Shown: positions 8,726 to 17,761 of the stretch, piece by piece | How the letters are laid out: each line of letters opens with the position of its first letter | Position numbering within the stretch: position 1 is the stretch's first letter | The notes under the pieces: generated by a model | What the model saw: the letters and a program-made list of their open reading frames with translations, nothing else | Told to the model about the DNA's origin: nothing | Databases searched by the model: none | NCBI GenBank assembly: GCA_963761305.1 | Contig: CAVXGK010000002.1 | Coordinates: 256,001-320,000, forward strand | Source of the DNA: an uncultured Gemmatimonadaceae bacterium | GTDB taxonomy: Bacteria; Gemmatimonadota; Gemmatimonadetes; Gemmatimonadales; Gemmatimonadaceae | Direction of reading: 5' to 3' | Length of the DNA stretch: 64,000 nucleotides | Program-made: the position numbers and the translations under genes

Positions 8726-9883
8726 CTACGCTTGCAAGCTCAGCGCGTGCGGTCGCGCCGCGCCGCTCGCCGCCAGCGACAGTGCCTCATCCAGCACGTC
8801 GACGACGGCCGATGTCGGGAGATCGGCGAGCGACGCGTCGGTGGGGCCGAAGACGTTGACTCCAGGCGTGCGGTATGGCACCCACATCTCGGCCTCGGTG
8901 CGGCGGCGCATGAGCGCCAACGTCGGACGCGCGAACGCCGATGCGATGTGCGTGACCGCGGTGTCGGGGGTGACGATGAGATCCGCCTCGGCGATGAGTG
9001 CGATCAGCTCACGCAGGGTCGGTGTGCCGGCCCCGCCACCGATGGAGCCGGCGAGGTAGGCCGCGCTCGTCAGGTCCTGCTCGAGCGCGACGACGACGAT
9101 GCGCGCGTCCGGCGTCCGCGCCCGCAGCTCGCGCAGCACGATGGCGAATCGATCGTCGGGCCACCGACGGCACGGGTGTCCGGACGAGATGTTCACGAGA
9201 ATGCGTGGGCCGTATCCCGCGGCGGCGGCCCACCGCGCGCGCGCGGCCTCGCGCTCGAGCGTGGTGACGACGAGAATCGGCCGCCAGTCGGCGTCGCCGG
9301 GTCCGACGCCGAGCGGTTCCGCGAGGCGCGCCAGGTGTTGGACATGATGCTCGCGACACACGTTGCGGGGCGGAGCCACCGGCACGTTGTAGACGCCGTC
9401 GTGCGGCCGCCCGGCGCTCCCGACGCGCCAGCGCGCTTTCGAGGCGAGCATCAGCAACGTCGTATATGAATTGACGGATGGGCGAAGCACCAACCCGTCG
9501 ACGACGACGTCGTAACGCCGGGCGGCGAGGCGCCTGAACAGCGCCGGATAATCGCGCCACCGTTCGCGTTCGTGAGTGATCACCTCGTCCACGAATGGAA
9601 GGTGGCTCAAGACGTCGGCATTGCCGGGCGTCGTCAGCACGTCGAGCAGCATGCCGGGGTACGCGCGCGCGAGCGCGCGCAGCACGCCCGTGCAGAGCAC
9701 CATGTCGCCGACACGATCGTACCGGATGAAGAGCAGGCGGTCGGGGTGTGCATCCCATCCCCATAACGGACCGCCCTCCTGCGCGAACAGCGCGACCGTG
9801 CTGCGCAGCCAAGCCGAATGAATCGACGCTTCGAGGGCGCGGAACCCCCTCGGGACAACTCGAGTCAGTGAAGAAGACGGCAC
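8726..9883 (-). CDS. Glycosyltransferase family 9 (heptosyltransferase-like)
   Basis: RYDRVGDMVL, RRWPDDRF, DLIVTPDTAVTHIASA motifs; start uncertain. Confidence 0.9.
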   Translation of the reverse strand: MPSSSLTRVVPRGFRALEASIHSAWLRSTVALFAQEGGPLWGWDAHPDRLLFIRYDRVGDMVLCTGVLRALARAYPGMLLDVLTTPGNADVLSHLPFVDEVITHERERWRDYPALFRRLAARRYDVVVDGLVLRPSVNSYTTLLMLASKARWRVGSAGRPHDGVYNVPVAPPRNVCREHHVQHLARLAEPLGVGPGDADWRPILVVTTLEREAARARWAAAAGYGPRILVNISSGHPCRRWPDDRFAIVLRELRARTPDARIVVVALEQDLTSAAYLAGSIGGGAGTPTLRELIALIAEADLIVTPDTAVTHIASAFARPTLALMRRRTEAEMWVPYRTPGVNVFGPTDASLADLPTSAVVDVLDEALSLAASGAARPHALSLQA

Positions 9884-9947
9884 GGGTCAACCTTGTGGCG
9901 CTTGTCCCACGATACCCCGCACGTGAGAATCAGGCATCGCTCGGCCG

Positions 9948-9988
9948 GCTAAGAAACCGCTAAGGGTCACTTGGATAACTAAGAAAAC
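9948..9988. promoter_or_regulatory. CTAAG direct repeats, candidate response-regulator box
   Basis: GCTAAG at 9948 and 9959 (11-bp period) plus ACTAAG at 9978 in the divergent intergenic region. Confidence 0.35.
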
Positions 9989-10744
9989 GTGAAGCAATCC
10001 GGACACGTGTCACCGCCCGACCCGACGATTCGAACGCGATTTGGGACGCTCCGAACGTTCGTCTCGGCGCGATTCGCCCGCGGCGAATACCTGGGATTCC
10101 ATCTCACGATTGGGTTACTCGTGAGCGCGGGAGCGCTGTTGGTGTTCGGAGGGATTACCGACGATGTCGTCCATCACGAGCGGTTCACGGCCATTGATCT
10201 GTCGTTCACCGCCTGGATTCGCGCGCGCGCAACCCCGCTGGGCGACGACCTTGGTGTCGCCATTTCATGGTTCGGCGGGGCCACGGTCATGGCGATCCTT
10301 TGCCTCGGCGTCGCGATCGTGCTCGCCTACAGGCGCTGGTGGATCACGCTGGCGGGCTGGATCGCCGCGTTCGTCGGCGGCAGCGTGCTGGATTGGGAGC
10401 TCAAACGCATCATCCGCCGCCCGCGGCCTGTCGGGGCCGAGCGGTTTCTGCACCAGCACGACATGACATTCAGCTTTCCCAGCGGACACTCGATGGGCTC
10501 GCTGATCGCCTATGGAATGCTGGCGTACGTGCTGGTCGTCTACTGGCCGCCGGGGAATCGTCATCGTGCGTCGATCATCACGTCGGCCGGCGTGCTCGTG
10601 ATCCTCATCGGACTGTCGCGCCTGTACCTGGGCGTCCACTACCTGACGGACGTCGTCGCCGGCTTCGCCGCCGGCACGCTGTGGTTGACAGCCTGCGTCA
10701 CCGGTGTGGAGATCGCGCGGCGTCGCCGCGGCGTCACCACCTGA
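9989..10744 (+). CDS. PAP2-family membrane phosphatase
   Basis: KRIIRRPRP, SFPSGH, SRLYLGVHYLTDV catalytic motifs. Confidence 0.93.
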   Translation: MKQSGHVSPPDPTIRTRFGTLRTFVSARFARGEYLGFHLTIGLLVSAGALLVFGGITDDVVHHERFTAIDLSFTAWIRARATPLGDDLGVAISWFGGATVMAILCLGVAIVLAYRRWWITLAGWIAAFVGGSVLDWELKRIIRRPRPVGAERFLHQHDMTFSFPSGHSMGSLIAYGMLAYVLVVYWPPGNRHRASIITSAGVLVILIGLSRLYLGVHYLTDVVAGFAAGTLWLTACVTGVEIARRRRGVTT

Positions 10745-10748
10745 CCGA

Positions 10749-12203
10749 TTACGACTCGTCCGCGAGCGCCAGCCACAGCGTGACCGATGCACCGCCGAGT
10801 CGTTCGCGCCCGGTCGGCGCGTCCTCTTCGGCGTCGACGGTCAGGTCCCCGCCCATGATGCGGGCCATACGTCGGCTCATCGCCAGACCGATCCCGAACC
10901 CTGGTGCGAGCGCGCGCGCGGTGGGAACACGCGCGTACTCCTCGAACACGCGCTCCCGCCAATCAGACGGGATACCAGGCCCTGAGTCCTGCACGGTCAC
11001 GCTCGCCCATCGGCGAGCGTCGCGCGTACGCGTGGTGACGTAGACGCGAACGCGCCCGCCGCGCGGCGTGTACTTGCTCGCGTTCGAGAGCAGGTTGTCC
11101 ACGATGTGACGAACACGCGCCGTGTCGCCCATCGCGCGCAATTGGGAGGCCGCGTTGAGCTCGACGGTCTGTTCCTTGGCGCCCGCCATGAAGCTGTGAT
11201 CGTCGGCCGCGGCACGGGTCAACGTGACGAGGTCGATGGGAGTCGCGTTGAGCACGAGTTCACCCGTGTCGCTGCGGGCGAGGGTGAGCAGCGACGCGAC
11301 CGTATCGCTCGCACGCTTGGTGAGCCGGCGAACGCGGAGCAGCGCGTCGCGCTGTTCGTCGGCCTTGGTGACGCCCTCGAGCATCAGGTCCACATTGCCG
11401 AGCGCGGCGCCGAGGGGATTTTGCAGGTCGTGCGAGATGCCTCGCATGAACGCGCTCTTCTGATCCATCGCGGCGGCGAGCGCGCGCCGATCCCGCTCCG
11501 CAGTCTCGGCGAGGCGCACCATGTGCCGGCCGGCGCGCACGACGAGGACGCACGCTAGGAGAGCGAGAGGAGCCAGGAAGAGCGTGATGAGCACGTCGAC
11601 GCGCTCCCACCGGCGCACGTCCGTGCGCGCCGAAACTCCCAATTGGTCCAGCCGCTGCACGAGGTGGCGCGCGGCAGTGATCGCGGTGTCGCCGTCCATG
11701 CGAGCGGTGTCGAGGACGGCCGAATTGGGAGAGACTGTCATCGACGATACGTCGTCGTGCCAGCGCGTGGACGCTTCACGATATTCGGCGAACCGCTCGA
11801 GGGCGTCGGCAGTGGAATACTGAAGCAGCGAGTCGAGCGCCAGGGCGCCGCGGTGTTCCGCGGCCAGTGCGGCGGCGTACCGCTGATCGGCGCTCGGCAA
11901 GCCCGAAGGCCCGCGCATCCCGATCGCGAACATCTGCTCGGCCAGGAACGACGTGACGTCGGTGGCGCGAAGCCGCGCAGGATCGATGAAGTCGGTGACC
12001 ATGGCGCGCTGGGCCTGAACGCGCGCGGTCACCACGACGGGCACGATCACGAACATGGCGAGCACGACGATGACCACGACCAGCGGAATCCACAGGGCGC
12101 GCGTCGACGGGCCGATCGGTTCGGCCGCTCGTGGCGTGGACCCGTTGTGCTCGACGGCGCTGATCGTAGCTTGCTCCTCCGGCGGCGAGATCGTACACCG
12201 CAC
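10749..12203 (-). CDS. Membrane sensor histidine kinase (2 TM, HisKA, HATPase)
   Basis: SHDLQNPL H-box, NLLSNASKY N-box, DSGPGI, GFGIGL; start codon uncertain. Confidence 0.9.
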   Translation of the reverse strand: MRCTISPPEEQATISAVEHNGSTPRAAEPIGPSTRALWIPLVVVIVVLAMFVIVPVVVTARVQAQRAMVTDFIDPARLRATDVTSFLAEQMFAIGMRGPSGLPSADQRYAAALAAEHRGALALDSLLQYSTADALERFAEYREASTRWHDDVSSMTVSPNSAVLDTARMDGDTAITAARHLVQRLDQLGVSARTDVRRWERVDVLITLFLAPLALLACVLVVRAGRHMVRLAETAERDRRALAAAMDQKSAFMRGISHDLQNPLGAALGNVDLMLEGVTKADEQRDALLRVRRLTKRASDTVASLLTLARSDTGELVLNATPIDLVTLTRAAADDHSFMAGAKEQTVELNAASQLRAMGDTARVRHIVDNLLSNASKYTPRGGRVRVYVTTRTRDARRWASVTVQDSGPGIPSDWRERVFEEYARVPTARALAPGFGIGLAMSRRMARIMGGDLTVDAEEDAPTGRERLGGASVTLWLALADES

Positions 12204-12382
12204 TCGCCAGAGCGTTCGGGGCTCGGGCGTGGGGCCTGGGTTCGCAAATGACGGCCCGTCGAACACCGGCGGAGGCCCGCTTAGCGTGTCGCCTCGGCCG
12301 TTGAGCCCGAGTGTGCGCGGGGCGGAACGTGATGCCTGGCTGTGGGATACGTATGGTCGAACCAATAACGATGAGGATCTTA

Positions 12383-12505
12383 ATGCGTAAAGTGATGGCA
12401 GCCGCGCTACTTGTGTTGGCGGCGACGGCGATGGCGGCGTGCAAGAAGGGCGGTGCCGGCGGTTACATCCAGTCGGCGCCCGCGCCGGTGTCGGTCGCGC
12501 GTTGA
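12383..12505 (+). CDS. Small (40 aa) lipoprotein
   Basis: GAGG RBS; MRK + hydrophobic core + AMAA-C lipobox. Confidence 0.6.
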   Translation: MRKVMAAALLVLAATAMAACKKGGAGGYIQSAPAPVSVAR

Positions 12506-13513
12506 GCGCGCGCAAGCGTCGCCGGCGTGAACGGTTTCTGCACGAACGCGGCGCCGGCGTCGATGACCCCGTGCCGCACCACGGCGGTCGGCGTGTACCC
12601 CGACATATAGAGCACCGTGAGCCGCGGGCGGATCGCCCGCAGCCGCTCGGCCATTTCTCGCCCCCCAGTGCGCGGCAGCATGACGTCGGTGAGCACGAGA
12701 TGAATCACGCCGTCGTGGCGCTGGGAGGCGAGCACAGCTTCGCCGACGTCCGCAGCCTCGAGAACGGTGTATCCGTTGTCTCGAAGAATTCGGCTCGCCA
12801 ACGACCGAACCCCCGCTTCGTCGTCGACGACCAGCACCGTCTCCTCACCCGCGAGACTCGCCCCGGTTCTGAGATCAGCGGCAACGGCGGTGTCGTCGTT
12901 CGCCGTCGCGACGGGGAAGTAGAGGCGGAACGTCGTGCCTTTCCCGAGCTCGCTCCCGACCCGGCTCGCCGGCGCCGCGGATCTCGTCGAGGATGTCGAG
13001 CATGGGGTCCTCGGTCGCCAGATCGGCGGCGAGCATTCCCGTGTAGCCGAGGATGACGCTCAACAGGTTGTTGAAGTCGTGCGCCATGCCGCCGGCCAGA
13101 CTGCCCAGCGCCTCCATCTTCTGGGCGTGCTGGAGACGACGCTCGGCGCCGCGCATCGCGTGTACGCCGATGATCACCGGAACGCGGCGGCCGTCTCGGT
13201 GCAGCAGCTCGGCTTCCCACGGTGCCGCGACTCCCGTGCGCTTGAGCGCGTCGAGGGCTACGCGGTGGGCGTCGGCCCACTCCGGCGGCGTCCGCTCGGA
13301 CCACTTCACCGCGCCGGCGTCGAACTCGTCTCGACTGAAACCGACGAGGCTCAGGAAAACATCATTTGCCTCGAAGGTGTCGCCGTGGACGTTGCCGATG
13401 CACACGCCGACGATGCCGGATTCGGCGAGCTGCGCGAACCGCGCTTCGCTCGAACGAATGGCGTGGGTCGACGTGCCGTGCTCGGGGCGCAGAGACGTCA
13501 TTGACGCCAACAT
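12463..13513 (-). pseudogene. Internally deleted PAS-HisKA-(HATPase)-REC hybrid kinase
   Basis: [22 protein letters not shown] is followed, after a frame change at ~12961, directly by [14 protein letters not shown] and a receiver domain (VLVVDDE..LTDVMLP..YMSGY..QKPF). Confidence 0.8.
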
Positions 13514-13639
13514 ACTAGCGCCTCGGCCCGGTGCCAACCGGCGAGCGGTCAGAACCCATCTGTAGGCGCTCTATATTAAAATGCTATTAAACATTAAGAG
13601 TCTCTTTAAAGGAAAACGAAGGCAGCGAGCGCGGCCGCG

Positions 13640-15490
13640 TCACTGTCCCGCCGGCAGCCGGAAGATCGCCAACTGGGGTTTGAGCGTCGCCGGGAACGGC
13701 GCGCCGCCCGGACCTGAGAATTGTATGGAAACGGTCGCCGCCGTCGCCGGCGTGTCGAGGCGGAAATACGACGACGTACCCGGGTCGAGGATCGCGATCG
13801 ACGTGTCGGCGGTGATCGGGAACAGCGCCAACGGATCCGGCACCGGGATGTCGGTCTCGTTCGACGTTACGAAGAGACGATCCCACAGCTGTTTCACGTT
13901 CCGCGTGACGAACCGATTGGCCGCCGGCGCCGTCGTACGGGGCAAGCCCGGCAGGCTGTCGGTGTAGAGCGAAAGCCCGAAATTGGCGAACAGCGTCGGG
14001 AACGACTGCCCCGTGGTCGCTTCGATGTTCGCCACGCCCGTCTGCGAGCTCTGGTCGAGCTTCTTGAAGATGCTCGTGCCCATCTGGTCGCCAAGCCAGC
14101 GCATGAGCAGCCAGTCGCCGCCGCGCCACGAGAATCCGTCGTCCGAATCGCTGTGCAACGTCACGCTCGCTGTGTCGGGCAGCAGCGCGTACTGATAAGA
14201 GTCGTACAGAAAATCTTCGACGAAGCCTTGCGCCGAGTCGGGAAAGAGCTGCGACGGATCGCTGCGGCACGCCGTCCCGGGGCACCGCGTTTCATAGTAG
14301 AGCGACCCGAGCTCCTCGGCGACGATGCTCAGCCCCTCGTCGAGCCATCCGTACTCCGGCGCTCCCTGGTGCACGACGACGTGCTGCGAAAACGAGATCA
14401 GGTGCTGCAGCTCGTGCAGGAAGGTGCTCGGCACGGAGAAGCCGACGTCGTCCGTCGTGTGGGCGCAACTGAATTTGCCGGTCGGATCGGGGACGATCGA
14501 GTAGAAGATCTCACCCTGGTTGGAATTCGGATCGAGCGGTCCGCCGCCGAGGTCTTCGTCGTCGAAGAATCCGGCGACGTAGCCCTGGGTCTGACACTCA
14601 TCCGTCGTCACCAGCGCGTTTACCGCCGGCGACATCAGCATGATCACGTGACCGTTCTGGTCGATGTCGCTCGGCACGCCGAACGCGGTGGTGTCGATCG
14701 GATAAAGCGTCTGGTCGAAGTACGCGCCGAATGCCTGGATCTGCGCGGGAGTAAAGCCGCTCGCCGCCGCCGTCGTGTCGATGTACACGAGCACGTTTGC
14801 CCCGGCGTACGTGAGCCTCGCGGTGGCCGTCGTAAACGAGTTGCCGTCCGCCGTGAGGACGCGGAACGCCCGCGTGCTTCCCACCACCGGCACGGTGCCG
14901 ACGACACTGGCCGATCGAGACAGCGATGCGCGCGCACGCGAGCCCGAGCCCATCACCGGCCATTTTCTCGTGGCGAGGCTCCGCCGCGCGCGTGCATGCA
15001 GCGCGCCGGAGAATCGACGTTGCACGATGCCGGGACTCGCGGCGTTGGCGCGCCGCGGAGTGAGACCGAAACGCGCCGCGTTCAGCCGCGACGCGGAGAA
15101 GCGGCTGGCCGACGGCGCGAACGAGGCGGAGATCGCCGTGCCCGAGCTCAGTCGATAGTTCACGAACGTGTCGGGGACGAGATCGACGGGGAACTGCGTC
15201 AGGATCAGGTAGCTCGCGCCGTTGCCGGCGAGCGTCACCGTGGTGCCGCCGTTGCTGCAGTCCACGCGCGTGGCGGTGGCGACGGCCAGTTGCACCGTTC
15301 CGGTCGGAGCGCACGGCGACAACTTGAAGGAGTTGGATCCGGTCCCGGTGGGGACCGTTGTCGGTGTATCGGAGTTCGAGCAGGCCGCCGCGGCGAAGAC
15401 TGCGGTCGCGGCGAGCAAGACAAGGGAAGAGCGCGCGACGGAGCGCGGCAGCGAGGTGCGCGGGGGCACGAAGAGTCGTCGAGTATGCAT
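13640..15490 (-). CDS. Lipoprotein zinc metallopeptidase (M30/hyicolysin-like)
   Basis: AAAA-C lipobox; SDIDQNG, HELQHLI (HExxH), WLDEGLS. Confidence 0.8.
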   Translation of the reverse strand: MHTRRLFVPPRTSLPRSVARSSLVLLAATAVFAAAACSNSDTPTTVPTGTGSNSFKLSPCAPTGTVQLAVATATRVDCSNGGTTVTLAGNGASYLILTQFPVDLVPDTFVNYRLSSGTAISASFAPSASRFSASRLNAARFGLTPRRANAASPGIVQRRFSGALHARARRSLATRKWPVMGSGSRARASLSRSASVVGTVPVVGSTRAFRVLTADGNSFTTATARLTYAGANVLVYIDTTAAASGFTPAQIQAFGAYFDQTLYPIDTTAFGVPSDIDQNGHVIMLMSPAVNALVTTDECQTQGYVAGFFDDEDLGGGPLDPNSNQGEIFYSIVPDPTGKFSCAHTTDDVGFSVPSTFLHELQHLISFSQHVVVHQGAPEYGWLDEGLSIVAEELGSLYYETRCPGTACRSDPSQLFPDSAQGFVEDFLYDSYQYALLPDTASVTLHSDSDDGFSWRGGDWLLMRWLGDQMGTSIFKKLDQSSQTGVANIEATTGQSFPTLFANFGLSLYTDSLPGLPRTTAPAANRFVTRNVKQLWDRLFVTSNETDIPVPDPLALFPITADTSIAILDPGTSSYFRLDTPATAATVSIQFSGPGGAPFPATLKPQLAIFRLPAGQ

Positions 15491-15848
15491 CGTCCAGTCG
15501 ATGGTTGGAAGGGACGCGCCTGCCCCCCGGCGGCCGGATCCCTCGCATGAATGACACGCCAGCCAGGCGTCGCCCCGGCCGTACAGGGTGGACGCCCGCC
15601 AGGCGCGTCTTGTTAGTGCTGCTAGTGCTTAGTGCCTGAGATCGACGACGCGTTTGGCCTTTCCGGCCGGTCGATCGATGCCGCCGGGCCCGACGAGCCT
15701 CAGCCCCACCGTTCTCAGCGGGTCCCAAACGCGCCGAACGTTGGCCGCCGACGCCAGTCTCGACGGCACTAAATCTGCTCGACGTCGTTGCGATTCGTGC
15801 AAGAGCGAGAGTAAGGTCTTACCTCACAACTGTTCATCGAGGACACTC

Positions 15849-16391
15849 ATGGCGTCATCGTCGTCGAGCTACGAGAGCGTCGCGGTTCGCGACCCGCAGA
15901 TCGGCGCGGGCAAGCGACTCGCGGTGACGAGCGAGTCGATCAAGGACGGCGAGGTGATCGGACGCGATCACGTCTTCACCGGGTGCGGCGGGAAGAATCA
16001 GTCGCCGCCGCTCGCGTGGAGCGGTGCTCCCGAGGGGACGAAGAGTTTCGCCATTACGTGCTTCGATCCTGATGCACCGACCGGCTCCGGATACTGGCAT
16101 TGGCTCACGTGGGGGATTCCCGCGTCGGTGACGAAGCTCGACGCGGGTGCCGGCACCGGTCGCGCGCCGGCGGGCGGCCGCGGCGGGTACAGTGATTTCG
16201 GCCTGTCGACGTACGCCGGTCCCTGTCCGCCAAAGGGCGACGGCGAACACCGGTACATCTTCACCGTCTACGCGCTCGACGTCGACACGCTCGACGGCGC
16301 CAACGACCGCACGACGGGCGCGTCGGTCGTGTTCCAACTGCGCCGGCACGTGCTCGCGTCGGGTGCGATCACCGGACGGTTCGGCCATTGA
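15849..16391 (+). CDS. YbhB/YbcL (PEBP/Raf kinase inhibitor-like) protein
   Basis: NQSPPLAW, DPDAPTGSGYWHW, GPCPP, HRYIFTVYAL; GAGG RBS. Confidence 0.93.
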   Translation: MASSSSSYESVAVRDPQIGAGKRLAVTSESIKDGEVIGRDHVFTGCGGKNQSPPLAWSGAPEGTKSFAITCFDPDAPTGSGYWHWLTWGIPASVTKLDAGAGTGRAPAGGRGGYSDFGLSTYAGPCPPKGDGEHRYIFTVYALDVDTLDGANDRTTGASVVFQLRRHVLASGAITGRFGH

Positions 16392-16398
16392 CGCCCTG

Positions 16399-16438
16399 AA
16401 AAGAACAACCCTGGAGTGCGGGTGGCACCCCAGGGTTG
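16399..16438 (-). terminator. Terminator for the btuB operon
   Basis: CAACCCTGG..CCAGGGTTG stem; minus strand continues TTCTTTT. Confidence 0.65.
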
Positions 16439-16601
16439 GTCGGCTCGGACGAGCCCACCGCGTGGGCTACGACCGCTGTGCTCAGCGGCGCCGAGCCTTT
16501 GTCGAAAATGCTGCTCCAGACACAGCGCGATCCCGACGCGAGGGCAGACCTCACGTCGCCACCGCGCGTCACATCCGACGCGCTCGCTCCCGCTCGCCAG
16601 G

Positions 16602-17693
16602 CTAGAAGACGCGAATCGCCAGCGACGATGGGCCGGATCCCACCGAAATGCTGTCGCTGAGTGCGTATGTGGCGGCCTTGAAGACGAACACGTACGGCGG
16701 AAGGCTTTGCGTCGGGCTGCCGAAGAAGGCCTGGTAGACGTTCCCCTCCTTGTCCGTCGTCGTCGCGAACGCGCCTCGGCAGCTCCCGTCCGGCAGCTTG
16801 GCGCAGACCCCGTTGCTCGGGGGCCGCACGAACTGCTGCGTCTTCGTGTTCCAGATGGCCGTGCCGAAGAAGAAGCCGGAGATGTACGCCAGCCCCGTCT
16901 GGTCCACGAAGATCGCGCCCGGTCCGACCCCGATGTCGGCCACCGTCGTCACGACCTGCATCGTGGCACCGTTGAGAACGGTGAGACTGCCGGGGTTCAC
17001 GAAATCGCCCGTGTTCACGACGTAAAGCAGACCGTCCGGGCCGACGCCGATGTCGGTCGAGTTCGTCCCGCCCATGGTCGCCGTGCCGAGGACCTTCATC
17101 GTCGCCGGGTCGATCGCCGTGACGATGCCGTTCCCGATCGGCTCGAAGTTCTCGTCGAGGTTCGACGACAGAACGAACGCTCGGCCGCCCGTGACGGCGA
17201 CGGCCGTCGGCTGCGGCGCGACGGTCACCGTATTGGTGATCGCGGTGGCGGTCTGTCCGGTCGTGAAACGGCCCGCGACGTTCGTCAGCAGGTTGGCCGC
17301 GATGATGGTCGTGTCGTCCACGAACGCCGATCCGGTGGCGTTCCCCGACGCAAAGGTGAAGAACCGCTTTACCGTGCCCAACTGAAGATCGATCACCGCG
17401 ACCGAGGCCGCGTCGCCCAGCGGGACCGCCGCCTGCCGCCCGCGCACGGACATGCCCGTCGGCGTGATCGTGGTGCTGGTGCCGAGCGCCACCTGCTGCT
17501 GCGTCGAAGGACTGCCGTGCTGAAACAGCGTGACGCTGCGGCTGAGCGAGTTCACGACGACGCCGACTTCGTGGTCGCTCGACGTGCCGCCGAGAAATCC
17601 CGGAGCGATCGGCGCGGTAGTGTCGTCCGAGCAACTCAGCGTGAATGCGACGGCGGCGGTGAGTCCGACAAGGCGAATTGGAAAGCGGTGCAT
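16602..17693 (-). CDS. YncE/YVTN-type beta-propeller lipoprotein (BtuG-like)
   Basis: ATG 17693; TLS-C lipobox; repeated VxVID/LYVVN/VGxGP blades; directly downstream of B12 receptor. Confidence 0.75.
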   Translation of the reverse strand: MHRFPIRLVGLTAAVAFTLSCSDDTTAPIAPGFLGGTSSDHEVGVVVNSLSRSVTLFQHGSPSTQQQVALGTSTTITPTGMSVRGRQAAVPLGDAASVAVIDLQLGTVKRFFTFASGNATGSAFVDDTTIIAANLLTNVAGRFTTGQTATAITNTVTVAPQPTAVAVTGGRAFVLSSNLDENFEPIGNGIVTAIDPATMKVLGTATMGGTNSTDIGVGPDGLLYVVNTGDFVNPGSLTVLNGATMQVVTTVADIGVGPGAIFVDQTGLAYISGFFFGTAIWNTKTQQFVRPPSNGVCAKLPDGSCRGAFATTTDKEGNVYQAFFGSPTQSLPPYVFVFKAATYALSDSISVGSGPSSLAIRVF

Positions 17694-17761
17694 GGCTATT
17701 TCGTGGTGAGTGAGTACGGTCGTGACAGAGTGTCCAAACGGTGAGCCTGATTCGCGCGCCG

